Positions 49,402 to 60,754 of a DNA stretch of 64,000 nucleotides are shown piece by piece; the first letter of the stretch is position 1; every line of letters begins with the position of its first letter. Source of the stretch: an uncultured Chloroflexia bacterium (GTDB lineage: Bacteria; Chloroflexota; Anaerolineae; JAAYZQ01); assembly GCA_963700285.1 (NCBI GenBank), contig CAVOXA010000006.1:1-64000 (forward strand), read 5' to 3'. The notes below the pieces were generated by a model. That model had not been told where the DNA came from and did no database searches. It saw only the letters and a program-made list of their open reading frames with translations. The translations under genes were made by a program, and so were the position numbers.

Positions 49402-51270
49402 CTCTGGCTGCAGTGCGCCGGCCCCATGTTCCGGCGGCAAAGGCAGCCTCAAAGAACTCGGCCAGGCGCGGGTACAGGATCCGGTGGTTCTTGGGCTTGT
49501 GAATGCCGTGGCCTTCGTCCTCAAAGGCCAGTAGCTCGTACTCGATGCCTGCCTGCATCCAGCGCTTCCCGCACCACGCGGACGTTTTCCGGCGTGACGT
49601 TGGGATCCTGCATGCCCTGGACGATCAGCAGCCGCCCCTTGATCTCCTCCACAGAGTAGAGTGGCGAGCGCTCCTCGGTAACGTTCCGGCACTTCTTCCG
49701 GCGAGCCGCCCATCATCTCTTCGCTGTAGGGTCGCAGGTCGGGGCGCGTCGTCTCCCAATCCACCACCAGGTCGGTCATGCCGCAGATGGGCGCCGAGGC
49801 AGCGACGATCTCGGGCGGAAAGTGGGTGATGGCCCACCACGAGGAGTAGCCGCCGTAGGAGGTGCCTGTGATGCCGACCTTGCCCGGCTCGGCGATCCCG
49901 GCGGCGATCAGCGCTTCGATCCCGGTGCGAATGTCCTCCTGCTCGCGACCGCCCCAGCCTTCCTCCTTGATGGCCTCGCGGTAGCTCAGGCCAAAGCCGG
50001 TGCTGCCCCGATAGTTGGGCTCCAGCACGTGAAAACCGCGAGAGGCCAGGTACTGGATCTGGGCGATCGATCCAGTCCTCGCTGTGCCAGGTGGGCCCGC
50101 CATGGACGTGGACGATGGTCCCCTTGACCTCTCCCCGCGCCCGGTAGAGCCAGCCCTGGATCTCCAGGCCGTCCACCGAACGCCAGTAGAAATCCTCCGC
50201 GGGGATCAGATCTTCTGTGCCAGAGCGCGTGCGCTCCCAGACGCGGGTCAGGCTGGCAAAGGCTTCGGGATGGGGATCTGCCAGGGAGAAGCGGACCAGG
50301 TCGGCGGGCTGCTGCGAGCTGTAGTACCTGCCGATCCACTCGCCATCTCCAGCGGGCGCAAGGGGGATGAGGCTGCCCGGGATGAGAGGCAGGGGCATCT
50401 CCTGACGCCGGTAGCCACATCCAGAAGGGAGGCGCGCGTCTGTGCTTCTTTGTATTCGATGATAACCGCATCGTTGCTGCCGTGCGGAACAAAGGCAGCC
50501 CCGATGTTGCGGTCCGGATCATCTATCAACCAGCGCAGGGTGTCGCTATTCATCTCCCAGACGCCCACTCGGCGGTGCGTCTCGGTTTCGGCCAGGACCA
50601 GCGCCCGTTGGCCATCGGGGAACCAGGAGGCGTGGACCTTTCTTGTCGGTCCCGGCGTGCACGATCTCGCGATCCTCCCGGCCCTCGATATCGACCAGCC
50701 AGACCTGGCGCCCGGCCGGATGCAGGTCGTTGCGCTCGTAGAGGATGTGAGTACCCAGCTCGTTCAGCCAGGGCTCGTAGTAGCAGCCTCGCTGCGGCCG
50801 GGCCAGAGGGACCCGCTCGCCGGTCTCCAGGTCGTGGCGGTAGAGCCAGGTCGGCTCGATCTCCCGGCCAGCTGCATCGTCCCAAGTTGGCGCCATAGAT
50901 CAGCCAGCGACCGTTGGGGTGCAGTTGCCCTCCCCGCAGGAAATAGCCGGGCGATGGCTCGGTCAGGGGATGCAGGACACCCGGCTGGTCCAGGTCCACG
51001 CGGAAGAGCTGGGCGCGTTCGTCGCCGTCCCGGTCCTGGGAGACCAGCACGACTGCGGCTGTCCGGCGTCCAGGAGACGAGGATGGTATCGTGGGCCGTC
51101 TCTGTCAGGCGAACCGGCGGCCCGGAGCCGTCGGTGGGTGCGGCGTAGACGTCGGCCGCGGGGCCTGTCCGGTACCAGGTCCAGGCCGCCCACGTGCCAT
51201 CTCGCGAGACCAAGGCGAATTCGAGCTCGGGCAGCTCGAGCAATGCTTCCAGCGATCGTTCTGAATTCAT
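49391..51270 (-). CDS. S9 family peptidase (acylaminoacyl/dipeptidyl), heavily frameshifted
   Basis: HVHGGPT, PNYRGSTGFG, GTSYGGY, beta-propeller N-terminus. Confidence 0.85.
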
Positions 51271-51337
51271 GGTTTCTCCTCTCTGGCCATTGAGAGTTTG
51301 CTCGGATAATTCGCCCTTCCAATCGCGCGGGGGGCGC

Positions 51338-52448
51338 TCAAACCAGGATACAGGCTACCTCGTGGCCAGCAACGACCGGACGCAGTTGCGGGTCGGTCTC
51401 CTGGCACTCGGGAACGGCGTCGGGGCAGCGAGGGTGGAAGCGGCAGCCAGGAGGTATGTCGATGGGGTTGGGGATCTCGCCCTGCAGGATCGTCCGCTTG
51501 CGCCGGCGGCGGGGGTTGGGCACCGGCACCACCGAGATGAGCGCCCGGGTGTAGGGGTGGCGCGGCTCGCGCGAGCACCTGCCGTCGTGGGGCCCAACTC
51601 GACGATGCGGCCCAGGTACATGACGGCCATGCGGTCGGTAAAGTAACCGGCGGTGGCCAGGTCGTGGGTGGTGTACAGGATGGTGATGTCGCGCTCGTCG
51701 CGCAGGGCGTGCAGCAGGCTGAGGATCTCGGCCCGGATGGAGACGTCCAGCATCGAGACCGGCTCGTCGGCCACCAGCAGATCGGGTTCCAGGACCAGCG
51801 CCCCGGCGATCACGACTCGCTGGCGCTGCCCGCCGGAGAGTTCGGCAGGGTAGCGGCCCCAGAAGTGGTCGGCGGGAGCCAGACCGCAGGTCTCCAGGGC
51901 GGCCCGAACCCGCGTGCTCTCTGTTCTTCGCCGCGGAGGAGCCAGGCGTGGATCTTGCAGCGGCTCGGCCACGATGTCGAAGATCGTCTGGCGGGGATTG
52001 AGGGATTCGTAGGGGTCCTGGAAGATCATCTGCGCCCGCTCGCGCAAGAGCATGATGCGCCGGCGTCGGCTCATGCCGGCCAGACCCTGGCCTCGATCAG
52101 CGCTCTGCCCCTCGGTCGCCCCCTCTGGCTGGCTGGTCAGCGAGTGGCCCTGCCGGCTCCAGCGGCCCACTCGGCGGCCACGTCGTAGCCCCTCAAACAG
52201 AATCGTGCCCCTGCGTGGGTGTCTGCAGGCCCAGGACGTTCATGCCCACGGTCGTCTTGCCCGAACCGGACTCGCCCACCAGGGCCAGGATCTCGCCCCT
52301 GGCCACGGCAAAGCTGACGCCATCCACGGCGCGGACGTAAGCGGCGCGGCTTGCGGGTCAGCACCGCCCAGCAGCTCCGGGATAGCGGGAAAGTACTTGT
52401 GCAGATCCTGGACCTGGAGGATGGGTTGCGCGTCTGCGGCTGATCCAC
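51338..52448 (-). CDS. Oligo/dipeptide ABC ATPase (OppF/DppF-like), frameshifted
   Basis: [37 protein letters not shown]; start approximate. Confidence 0.85.
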
Positions 52449-53468
52449 TGCATCGGGCACGGCTCGCAGCCTGACAACCTGTGCACAGCGCTTGCCGGCG
52501 ATGTGACCGGGCGGCGCATGCCTGCGCATCGACCAGGTAGCGGCGGCCTGTGGCGGCATCGCAGAGTCGCCTGCGCAATCTCTCGCAGTGGCAGCGCGGC
52601 TCAAAGCGGCACCCAGGCGGCAGGTCATCCAGGCGCGGTGGGTTGCCCGGGATGGAGGCCAGCGTCGAGCCAGGCTCCTCCACGTCGGGAAATGCCTCCA
52701 GCAGGCGCTGTGTGTAGGGGTGCTGCGGATTGTTAAAGATCACGTCGCTGCTGGCGTACTCGGCCACCATGCCCGCCGTACATCACCAGCACGTCGTCGC
52801 AGATCTCGGCCACCATGCCCCAGGTCGTGGGTGACGACGACGAGCGACAGGTTCAGCTCGCGCTGCAAGGCGCTCCAGCAGTTCCAGGATCTGGGCCTGG
52901 ATCATCACGTCCAGGGCGGTGGTCGGCTCGTCGGCGATGAGGACGCTGGGGGCGCAGGCCAGGGCCATGGCGATCACGGCCCGCTGGCGCATGCCGCCGC
53001 TGTACTGGTGGGGGTACTGCTTGCCTCGCGTCGGCCGGAATGCCCACCAGCTCCAGCAGTTCGCCGGCCCGCTGGCGCGCGCGGCGGCCGTATCGCAGCT
53101 GATGCGTGGATCTGCAGCGCCTCGACGATCTGGCTCTCGATGGTGCGCACCGGGTTGAGGGCGTTCATCGCCCCCTGGAAGACCATGGACATACTCGGCC
53201 AGCGCACCTGGCGCATCTCGGCCTCGCTGAGCTGCAGCAGGTCCTGCCCGTCGAAGAAGCACCTGCGCCACCGACGATGCGGCCTTCCTCCGGCAGGAGA
53301 CGCAGGAGGCTCATCATGACCGTGGTCTTGCCGCAGCCGCTTTCGCCCACGATGCCCAGGGAGCGCCCCTGCTCCAGGGCGAAAGCTCACCCCCTCGACG
53401 GCATGCAGCGCGGTGCCATCCTCCGTCAGGTAGTCGACGGACAGGTCTCCGACATCCAGAAGGTTCAT
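52440..53468 (-). CDS. Oligo/dipeptide ABC ATPase (OppD/DppD-like), frameshifted
   Basis: [43 protein letters not shown]; end approximate. Confidence 0.85.
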
Positions 53469-54414
53469 GCTCGGATCACCGGACCCCTGTTCCCCGGCCG
53501 CTGTCTGGGCCTTGGGCAGGACAGCTCCCCCGGCCACCAGCGCCACCATGCGCCGCGGATCAAAGAGGTGATGGCGTGCGCAGGCGGGGATTGACGATCT
53601 GGTCCAGCGTGTTGCCGATGAGGATCAGGGACAGGCTGACCCAGACGATGGCAAAGCCCGGCGGCAGGATAAACCACCAGGCCTGGCGGCTGATCGCCCG
53701 CTCGAAGGCAAAGTTGAGCATCGAGCCCCAACTGATCAGCGTCGGGTCGCCCAGGCCCAGAAAGGCCAGCGACGACTCGGCCAGGATGGCGACCGAGATA
53801 TCCAGCACCGCCTGGGCAATGATGAGGGGCAGCACCATGGGCAGGATGTGGCGCAGGATGATGCCGCGGAGTCACTGGCGCCCAAAGAGCGGGCCGCGCA
53901 GCACAAACTGGCGCTCCTTGACCGAAAGCACCTGCGAGCGCACCAGGCGGGCCGTGTAGGTCCAGCCCAGCAGGCCGATGACCAGGATGATGTTGAGCAG
54001 GCCACGTCCCATCACGGCGATGATGACCAGCATCAGCGGCAGGTCGGGGATGACCATCAAGAAATCGACAAAGCGCATCAAGGTGTTGCCGATGCGCCCG
54101 CCGTGGTAGCCGGCCATCAGGCCGACCGTGGTGCCGATGATCATCGACATGAATGAGGCCGTGAAGCCGACGACCAGCGACACCCGCGCGCCATAGATGA
54201 GCAGGCTCAGCACGTCCTTGCCGGCGTCGTCGCGGCCCAGCCAGTGCTGGGCATCAGGCGGGGCCAGGATGTCCTCCGGTGTCGACCTGCACCCGCTCCC
54301 GGGGTTGTAGGGAGCCAGCCATGGGGCAAAGACGGCCACCAGCACCACGAGCAGGAGCATGGCGGCGCCAATGACTCCCATCGGATTGCTGATGTACTGT
54401 CTGACGAATTTCAT
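53465..54414 (-). CDS. Oligo/dipeptide ABC permease (OppC/DppC-like), frameshifted
   Basis: HWLGRDDAGKDV, ARLVRSQVLSVKE, AESSLAFLGLG, SWGSML. Confidence 0.85.
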
Positions 54415-54452
54415 AGGATCTCGCTTCCAACTAGCGATTCTGGGCGTGGGCG

Positions 54453-55473
54453 CTAATCCGGCTTCACGCGCGGGTCCAGCACCGAGTACAGGATGTCGGC
54501 CAGCAGGTTGGCCACGATGACGCTGACGGCCAGCAGCAGAAAGCTGCCCTGAAGTACGGGATAGTCGCGCTTTTCTGTACCGCCTCGTACATCAAGCGGC
54601 CGATGCCCGGCCAGGAAAAGACCGTCTCCACCTGGATCGCCCCGCCCACGGTGTAGCCAAAGGTGAGGGCGATCATGGTCACCATGGGCAGCATGGCGTT
54701 CTTGAGGGCGTGGTCGCGCAAGGTGCGGTAGCGTGCTCAACCCCTTGGCCTTGGCCGTCAGGATATAGTCCTCGGACAAGCACCTCCATCACGCCGCTGC
54801 GCATGATCAGGATGTACTCGCCGGTAAAGACGATGGCCATGGTGATGGTCGGCAGGATCAGGTGTTTGCCCACGTCCAGCCAGTATGTCAGCCCGTCCTC
54901 CGGCTTCAGGCCCGGTGTGACCATGCCGCCCACCGGCAGGTAGCCCCGGGCCAGGATCAAGCAGGATGATGCCCAGGAAAAAGGTGGGCAAGGCCCAACT
55001 GAACAGCGCCCACAGCAGGATGCTCGCGTCCAGGCGCGTGCCCCGGCGCCAGGCAGCGATCAGGCCCAGGGCCATCCCCAGCGACAATGGCGATCATGTC
55101 GCCGCCCATCACCAGCACCACTGTGCGCCACACCCGCTCTTTCAGTATCTCGGCCACGTCCCGACGGCTGGCGAAGGAGATGCCCAGGTCGCCGCGCAGC
55201 AGGTTGCGCAGGTAGGCGGTGAACTGGGTATCAAATGCGCCCAGGAGATCCCCCTCCCGCAGGCGCTCCGCATCGAACCAGACCGGCTTGTCGAGGCCAA
55301 AACTGGCCCGGATCCGGTCCTGAGCCTCGCGTGTCATGCGCGGGCTGTGGATGATCAGCTTGACCGGGTCGCCGGGCAGGATGCGGAACAGGAGAAAGTT
55401 GAAGACCACGACGCCGGCGAGGGTGAACAGCGCAAAGCCACAGCTTGCGGAGGATGAAATTACTTCGTTCCAT
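54453..55473 (-). CDS. Oligo/dipeptide ABC permease (OppB/DppB-like), frameshifted
   Basis: LPGDP, GDLGISF, HLILP, EDYILTAKAKG, ETVFSWPGIG, RDYPVLQG. Confidence 0.85.
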
Positions 55474-55692
55474 GATACCTCAGTCCTTGCCGGGCAGACT
55501 GCCCGCCAACGAGCGGACCTGTCCTGCCCGCAGGCCGTTGTGGGTCCAGGTGATCCGGCAAGTATTGAGAGTAAGGCCAGCCAGGCCCTGCCACACCGGG
55601 TAGACCCCGCGGTGTCAAGTTCCCTGGGAGGGGGATTGAAGCCGGATGGCCCTTCCCCCTCCCCGAGTCCTGTCCCACAGGCGGGGCAGATG

Positions 55693-57430
55693 CTATTCGA
55701 CCGGTCTGGCTTGCAGGAGGGCTGCCTTCCACAGGATGTCCCCAGCTCTCCAGGCCAAAGCCGGTGAACCGGTCACTGGCGATAGGCCTGGACAGTCTTG
55801 TAGTAGGTCAGGACGATGTAGGGGCGCTCGTCAAAGAGCTTTTTCTGCATTTCCCAGATCAGCTCGCGGCGCGCCTCCTGATCGACGGTGACGCCCTGCT
55901 GGAGGTACATCTCTTCGAACTCCTCGTTGCAGTAGCCGCTGTCGTTCCAGCCACCCTCCTCCCGCTGGTCGCAGGTAAAGATCAGCATGGCAAAGTCGGG
56001 GTCGGGGTCCAGCCCCCAGCCCCAGTAGATCAGGTCAAAGTCAAAGGCGGGATAGAGGGCGATCAGGCTGTCCTCGTCCATGGGGGTGGCGGGGCCGAGA
56101 TGCCGATCTGGGCCAGGCCATCGGAGATGATCTCCAGGATGCGGACCTTGGTGGCGTCGTCCGTGGCGTACAGGCGGTATTCCAGCGGGTTGCCGTCCGC
56201 GTCCTCGCGGATACCATCGCCGTCGCTGTCCACGATAGCCGGCCTCCTCCAGGATGCGGTTGCCCTCGGCCGGGTCGAAGGGGATGTCCTGCACATCGCT
56301 GTTGTGCCAGTCGCCCATGCGAGGTGGGGATGATCGACGCTGGCCGGCTCGGCGTAGCCCAGGTAGGCGACGTTGACGATCTGCTGCTTGTCGATGGCGT
56401 AGGCAATGGCCAGGCGTACCGCTGGATCGTTCAGGCTGGCCGGCTGGCTGCCATCCTCGTGGGAGTTGATGATCAGCTCGTCGATGTCCGTGGACTCCAT
56501 GATCGCAACTTCGATGTTCTCTGTCCCTTCAAGTGTCTGGATCGCCGTGCGCGGGGATCGTGTCGGCGGCGATGACGTCTACCTCACCGGCCAGCAGCGC
56601 CTGGACTGCCGCATCCTCGGTGGCATACTCCTGCCAGACGATGCGGTCGATGGCCGGCGCCCCGCGCCAGTAGTCCTCGTTGGCCTCCAGGATCAGGTAC
56701 TCACCCTCGACCCAGTCCACGAGCTTGTAGGGGCCGGTGCCGATGGCAGCCGACAGGTCCTCGAACTCCAGGATCTCGTCGTAGGTCATGCCCTCCCAGA
56801 CGCTCCGGGGCAGGATCCAGACGTAGATCAGCAGATATTCCATGTTGCCCACCGGATCGGACAGGGTGACCTGCAGCGTGGTGTCGTCCAGGGCGACGAT
56901 CTCCTCAAAGTTGACCAGGTAGAAGCTAAAGGTCTCGATCTCGTTCTCGATGGTCCAGTTGCAGGCTCCAGGCGACATCCTCGGCGGTCAGGGGCGTGCC
57001 GTCGTGGAAGGTGACGCCCTCGCGGATCTTGAAGGTCCAGACCAGGCCGTCGTCCGATACCTCCCAGCTCTCGGCCAGACCGGGCACAAAGTCGCTGATG
57101 CCTGCGTTCCTCCACCAGCGTGTCGTACAGCAGGTAGCGGAGGTCATAGCCGTACCAGCCGATGGCCGGATTGGCCGTGTCCCAGATGTAGGTGTCGGCC
57201 ACGCGCAGCGTAACCGGTTCCTCTGTCCCGGCTGCTGGGGCCTCCGTGGGCTCCGGGGCCATCGTAGCCTCGGCGGCCGGGGCTTCCGTGGACTCTGGTG
57301 CCATCGTGGCCTCGGTGGCCATGGTAGGTTCAGCGGGTTTGGCGGGCTCGGGCGTGGCTCCGCAGCCGGCCAGCCCTAGCATGGCCAAGACTACCAACAG
57401 TGTTGAGAGCTGCCACAGTTTTCTTTTCAT
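55693..57430 (-). CDS. Peptide ABC substrate-binding lipoprotein (OppA/DppA-like), frameshifted
   Basis: LAGC lipobox, PGLAESWEVS, GVTFHDG, IGTGPYK, VRLAIAYAID. Confidence 0.88.
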
Positions 57431-57625
57431 GATTCTCCCCCTATCGTCCGTCTTTCCAGGAGGCCGGCCTATCGCGCGTTCGATTGTGCCGGCTGCCCTG
57501 ATCCTATGCGGCCCTGAATGCCAGGGACCTGCCTGCCCGTCGCTGCGGGCCTCTGTCTGGCGGCCTTCTCCAGCGGAGAAGCGTCCGCCACTGTTATCCA
57601 ACAGTGCTTTGCCCAGCAGAGTCCA

Positions 57626-58492
57626 TCAAAAAGGTAGATAGATCGTCGCCTCCTTTCGCCTGCTATTCACTGCTTCTGTGCCGGCAGGTGGGCATCGCGG
57701 CGTGGGCGGATCGGAATCTCCCGGAAGCCACGCAGAAACCGGACAAAAGTTTTGTACAGTTGTCTCATAAAGGGCACGGCCAAATTCGGCCGTGGCGACC
57801 GTTGGGTCACCGCAGATGCCGCTCTCGCTCATGCGCGACCACCAATCCTGCCACGATAGGATGCTGGGCTCGGGGCGGTCCCAGTTGAAGAATTCGAACT
57901 GCAACTGGCCCATTTCCTGTACCGCCTTGTCCATCTGGACCAGGTCAGGGCGCAGGTAGAGCATCATGGCCGTCTCGTACTCGCCTGCGTGGGCAATGCC
58001 GCCCGGCGCCGATCGCCGCATTTCAGACAGCGTGGGCTCAGCCAGGGAAGGATCGATGGCAGCGTTTGGACTCATGGCGCCGCAGACGATGCCTCTTTCC
58101 AATACCACACGTCGGGCAGCCAGGTCGGCGATGGGAGCATTGGAGCCATGGCCATTGACGATCAGGATATGGGTAAAGCCGTGTCGGGCGACGCTCAGGG
58201 CTACGTCGGCCAGGTAGGAGATGAGGTTCTGGGCGCCGATGGACACAGTGCCGGGAAAATCCATGTGATGCTCGTCCAGCCCGTAGGTGACTGGGGGCAT
58301 CATCAAGCTCTCGCCAGGGGTCCGCCGGGCGACCTCGAGGCAGATGGCTTCGACAATGATGTTGTCCGTATTGAGGGGCAGGTGGGGTCCGTGATCTTCG
58401 ACCGCGCCAAAGGGCAGCAGCACGACAGGCTGGTGGTTCAGCGCTTCCCGTATCTCGGGCCAGGTCAGCTCGTCATAGCGGACTTTGGTCAT
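57626..58492 (-). CDS. Creatininase family amidohydrolase (3' end probably frameshifted)
   Basis: GAVEDHGPHLP..D, HHMDFPGT, NGHGSN, HAGEYET. Confidence 0.9.
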   Translation of the reverse strand: MTKVRYDELTWPEIREALNHQPVVLLPFGAVEDHGPHLPLNTDNIIVEAICLEVARRTPGESLMMPPVTYGLDEHHMDFPGTVSIGAQNLISYLADVALSVARHGFTHILIVNGHGSNAPIADLAARRVVLERGIVCGAMSPNAAIDPSLAEPTLSEMRRSAPGGIAHAGEYETAMMLYLRPDLVQMDKAVQEMGQLQFEFFNWDRPEPSILSWQDWWSRMSESGICGDPTVATAEFGRALYETTVQNFCPVSAWLPGDSDPPTPRCPPAGTEAVNSRRKEATIYLPF

Positions 58493-58947
58493 CTCATCCC
58501 TTCTTCAAATGGGGACCAATCACAGGGAGTCTTGTAGCTTTCTGCGATCATCAAAGTCTCTGTGGTCCGGACTCCCGGAATCCGGCGTATCTCGTCGGTG
58601 ACAACCTCTGTCAGATGCGACATATCCCGGCAAAAGACTTCGAGGACAAGGTCATAGGTGCCCAGCGTCCGGACCAGGCGGCTCACTTCGGGCAGGCCGC
58701 CAATGGTTCTGGCGATGCTATCGGCCATGCCCGGCGCCACCAGGATGGCGACGAGCGCCGTGGCCTCAAACTCCAGGGCATAGGGGTCGATGATGCCGGC
58801 GACGCGAAGGATTCCCTGCTGGACCAGCCTTTGGTACCGGGCGCGTATTGTCGTTTCTGAAACGCCGGCCTGCCTGGCGACCTGGGTGAAGGGAACCCGG
58901 CCGTCCGCTTGTAGGGCTTGCAGGATCTGTTTGTCCAGGTCGTCCAT
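58489..58947 (-). CDS. Lrp/AsnC family regulator
   Basis: MDDLDKQILQALQADGRVPF...GVSETTIRAR...GTYDL. Confidence 0.92.
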   Translation of the reverse strand: MDDLDKQILQALQADGRVPFTQVARQAGVSETTIRARYQRLVQQGILRVAGIIDPYALEFEATALVAILVAPGMADSIARTIGGLPEVSRLVRTLGTYDLVLEVFCRDMSHLTEVVTDEIRRIPGVRTTETLMIAESYKTPCDWSPFEEGMR

Positions 58948-59018
58948 GCCGCCTCCACGAAGGATCAGAATGTACCACCGCGATGGCCCAACCTACGCGG
59001 ACCAGTCCAAACAGGTGC

Positions 59019-59093
59019 TTTGAATATCGAACTTCAGAAAGTATTATACCATGAATTCCAAGGTGATGCAAATCAAGAGAGTTGATATTCAAA
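59019..59093 (-). promoter_or_regulatory. Promoter of the Lrp-creatininase-Opp operon flanked by a 10-bp inverted repeat
   Basis: TTGCAT-17 bp-TATAAT (59043-59071); TTTGAATATC at 59019 and GATATTCAAA at 59084. Confidence 0.6.
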
Positions 59094-59220
59094 GACAGTC
59101 CCCCTGGGATCTGTGCTGGTCTTGACCAAGCGGTGCCCCATAGGCCAGGGAGTGCCAAGACAGGCTTCCTGGAGGCGCGATTGCTGGTTGCCAATCGAGT
59201 TGTGGAGTCGGCCTGCAGCG

Positions 59221-59249
59221 TTGCCAGGAACGTCACGATGTGGTAAGAT
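59221..59249 (+). promoter_or_regulatory. sigma70-type promoter for the SCP2-esterase-WS/DGAT genes
   Basis: TTGCCA-17 bp-TAAGAT with extended TG. Confidence 0.55.
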
Positions 59250-59338
59250 AGAGTTGGCAGAAGCATGGTTGAGAGGCGCTCTGAAGCTCCTGCCCTGCGG
59301 TGGGGGGCCAAATCGCATTGTGACAAGGAGATTGCACG

Positions 59339-59671
59339 GTGGCAGACCAGACAGCCAGGCAGATGATTGAGCAGATGCCGGAGGATTTCCGCCCGGAACG
59401 CGCCGGCCGGGCCAACGCTGTTGTCCAGTTTCACATTACCGGCGAGGGCGGTGGCGATTGGTTCGTGACCATCAAGGACCGGACCTGCACGGTGACCGAG
59501 GGCGTCGCGCCCAAGGCCAACGCGACGATGACCATGGACGCCGGCGAGTACGTCCAACTGGCGACGGGCCAAATGAGCAGCATGAAGGCCTTTACCTCGC
59601 GCAAGATAAAGCCGGCTGGCGACATCTCTCTGCTCAAGAGGATGGACCGCTGGTTCGTCCGGGGCAGGTAG
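59339..59671 (+). CDS. SCP2 sterol-binding domain protein
   Basis: VVQFHITGEGGGDW...MKAFTSRKIKPAGD. Confidence 0.88.
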   Translation: MADQTARQMIEQMPEDFRPERAGRANAVVQFHITGEGGGDWFVTIKDRTCTVTEGVAPKANATMTMDAGEYVQLATGQMSSMKAFTSRKIKPAGDISLLKRMDRWFVRGR

Positions 59672-59718
59672 TGGGAGTCTGGGATGGCCCTCGCCGGGGG
59701 CAATGACGTGGAGGACAG

Positions 59719-60708
59719 GTGATGGTTTCGAGACCCGCCCAGATTCTTCTGATCATCGTTGTGGTCGTCGCGGTGCTGCTGTGCGCCGCCGTCGCCGGTT
59801 TCTACTGGGCGACCGGTCCTTCCCTGCGGTGCCAGCGACCCGTAGAAGGACCGGCCGAGCCGGGCTGGTCGGCCCGAGTCATCGCCTCAGGTGGACGGGA
59901 TCGCTGCTACTACCTCTATGCGCCCCCGCAATATGACCCTGGCCAGCCGCTACCCCTGGTGTTCAGCTTCCACGGTTTTATGTCGAATCCCAACAGCCAC
60001 GCGCTGATCACCAAATGGCACAAGCTTGCCGCCGAGGAGGGCTTTTTGGTGGTCTATCCGCAGGGTACCGGGTTCCCCCAGCGTTGGTACGCAGGAAAAA
60101 CCTGGGGTACTTTTGGCATCGATGATGTGCAGTTCTACTACGACATGCTGGCCGATGTGGCTTCCGTCGCCAACGTGGATGAATCCAGAATTTATGTCAA
60201 CGGTTTCTCCAATGGCGGTGGGATGACGGTGGACCTGGGGTGCACAGCCGCAGACACCTTTGCGGCCATGGGTGCGGTGGCAGCCGCGGTCGTCGCCACA
60301 GATGGCTGTGATCCGTCCCGTCCCATGCCGGCCATCGTTTTCCACGGAACGGCGGATCCCATCGTCCCCTATGAAGGCGGGGAGATGGGAGGCTGGCTGC
60401 TGCGCATGGCGGCAGAAGTAACCCATGCCCCCCCGGCCTTTGTTGGCGCTGAGGACTGGGTGGTCTACTGGGCCGAGAACAATGGCTGCGATCTGACGCC
60501 TGGTACCATTCCCCAACAGGGGGACGCGCGTGGCATTCGCTATACCGGCTGCGATGCCGGTGCGGACGTGACTTTCTATACCATCGAGGAGGGCGGGCAC
60601 GCCTGGCCCGGCGGTTTTCCGATCCCCGGCGTGGGCAAGACCAGCCGCGACATCGACGCTACCGAGGAGATGTGGAAGTTCTTTCAAGCGCATACCCTGG
60701 AGGACTAG
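59719..60708 (+). CDS. PHB depolymerase / LpqC-like esterase with N-terminal anchor
   Basis: PLVFSFHG, VVYPQG, GFSNGG, FHGTADPIVP, GGHAWPG. Confidence 0.88.
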   Translation: MMVSRPAQILLIIVVVVAVLLCAAVAGFYWATGPSLRCQRPVEGPAEPGWSARVIASGGRDRCYYLYAPPQYDPGQPLPLVFSFHGFMSNPNSHALITKWHKLAAEEGFLVVYPQGTGFPQRWYAGKTWGTFGIDDVQFYYDMLADVASVANVDESRIYVNGFSNGGGMTVDLGCTAADTFAAMGAVAAAVVATDGCDPSRPMPAIVFHGTADPIVPYEGGEMGGWLLRMAAEVTHAPPAFVGAEDWVVYWAENNGCDLTPGTIPQQGDARGIRYTGCDAGADVTFYTIEEGGHAWPGGFPIPGVGKTSRDIDATEEMWKFFQAHTLED

Positions 60709-60754
60709 ACTTACCTCCGTTCTCCGTGTCTCTGTGGTGAATCCTGAGGACACA

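Noticed and set aside
57230-57345. Repeats in the oppA 5' region
   Set aside because: They encode an EAT(M)APEPTEAP linker after the lipobox.
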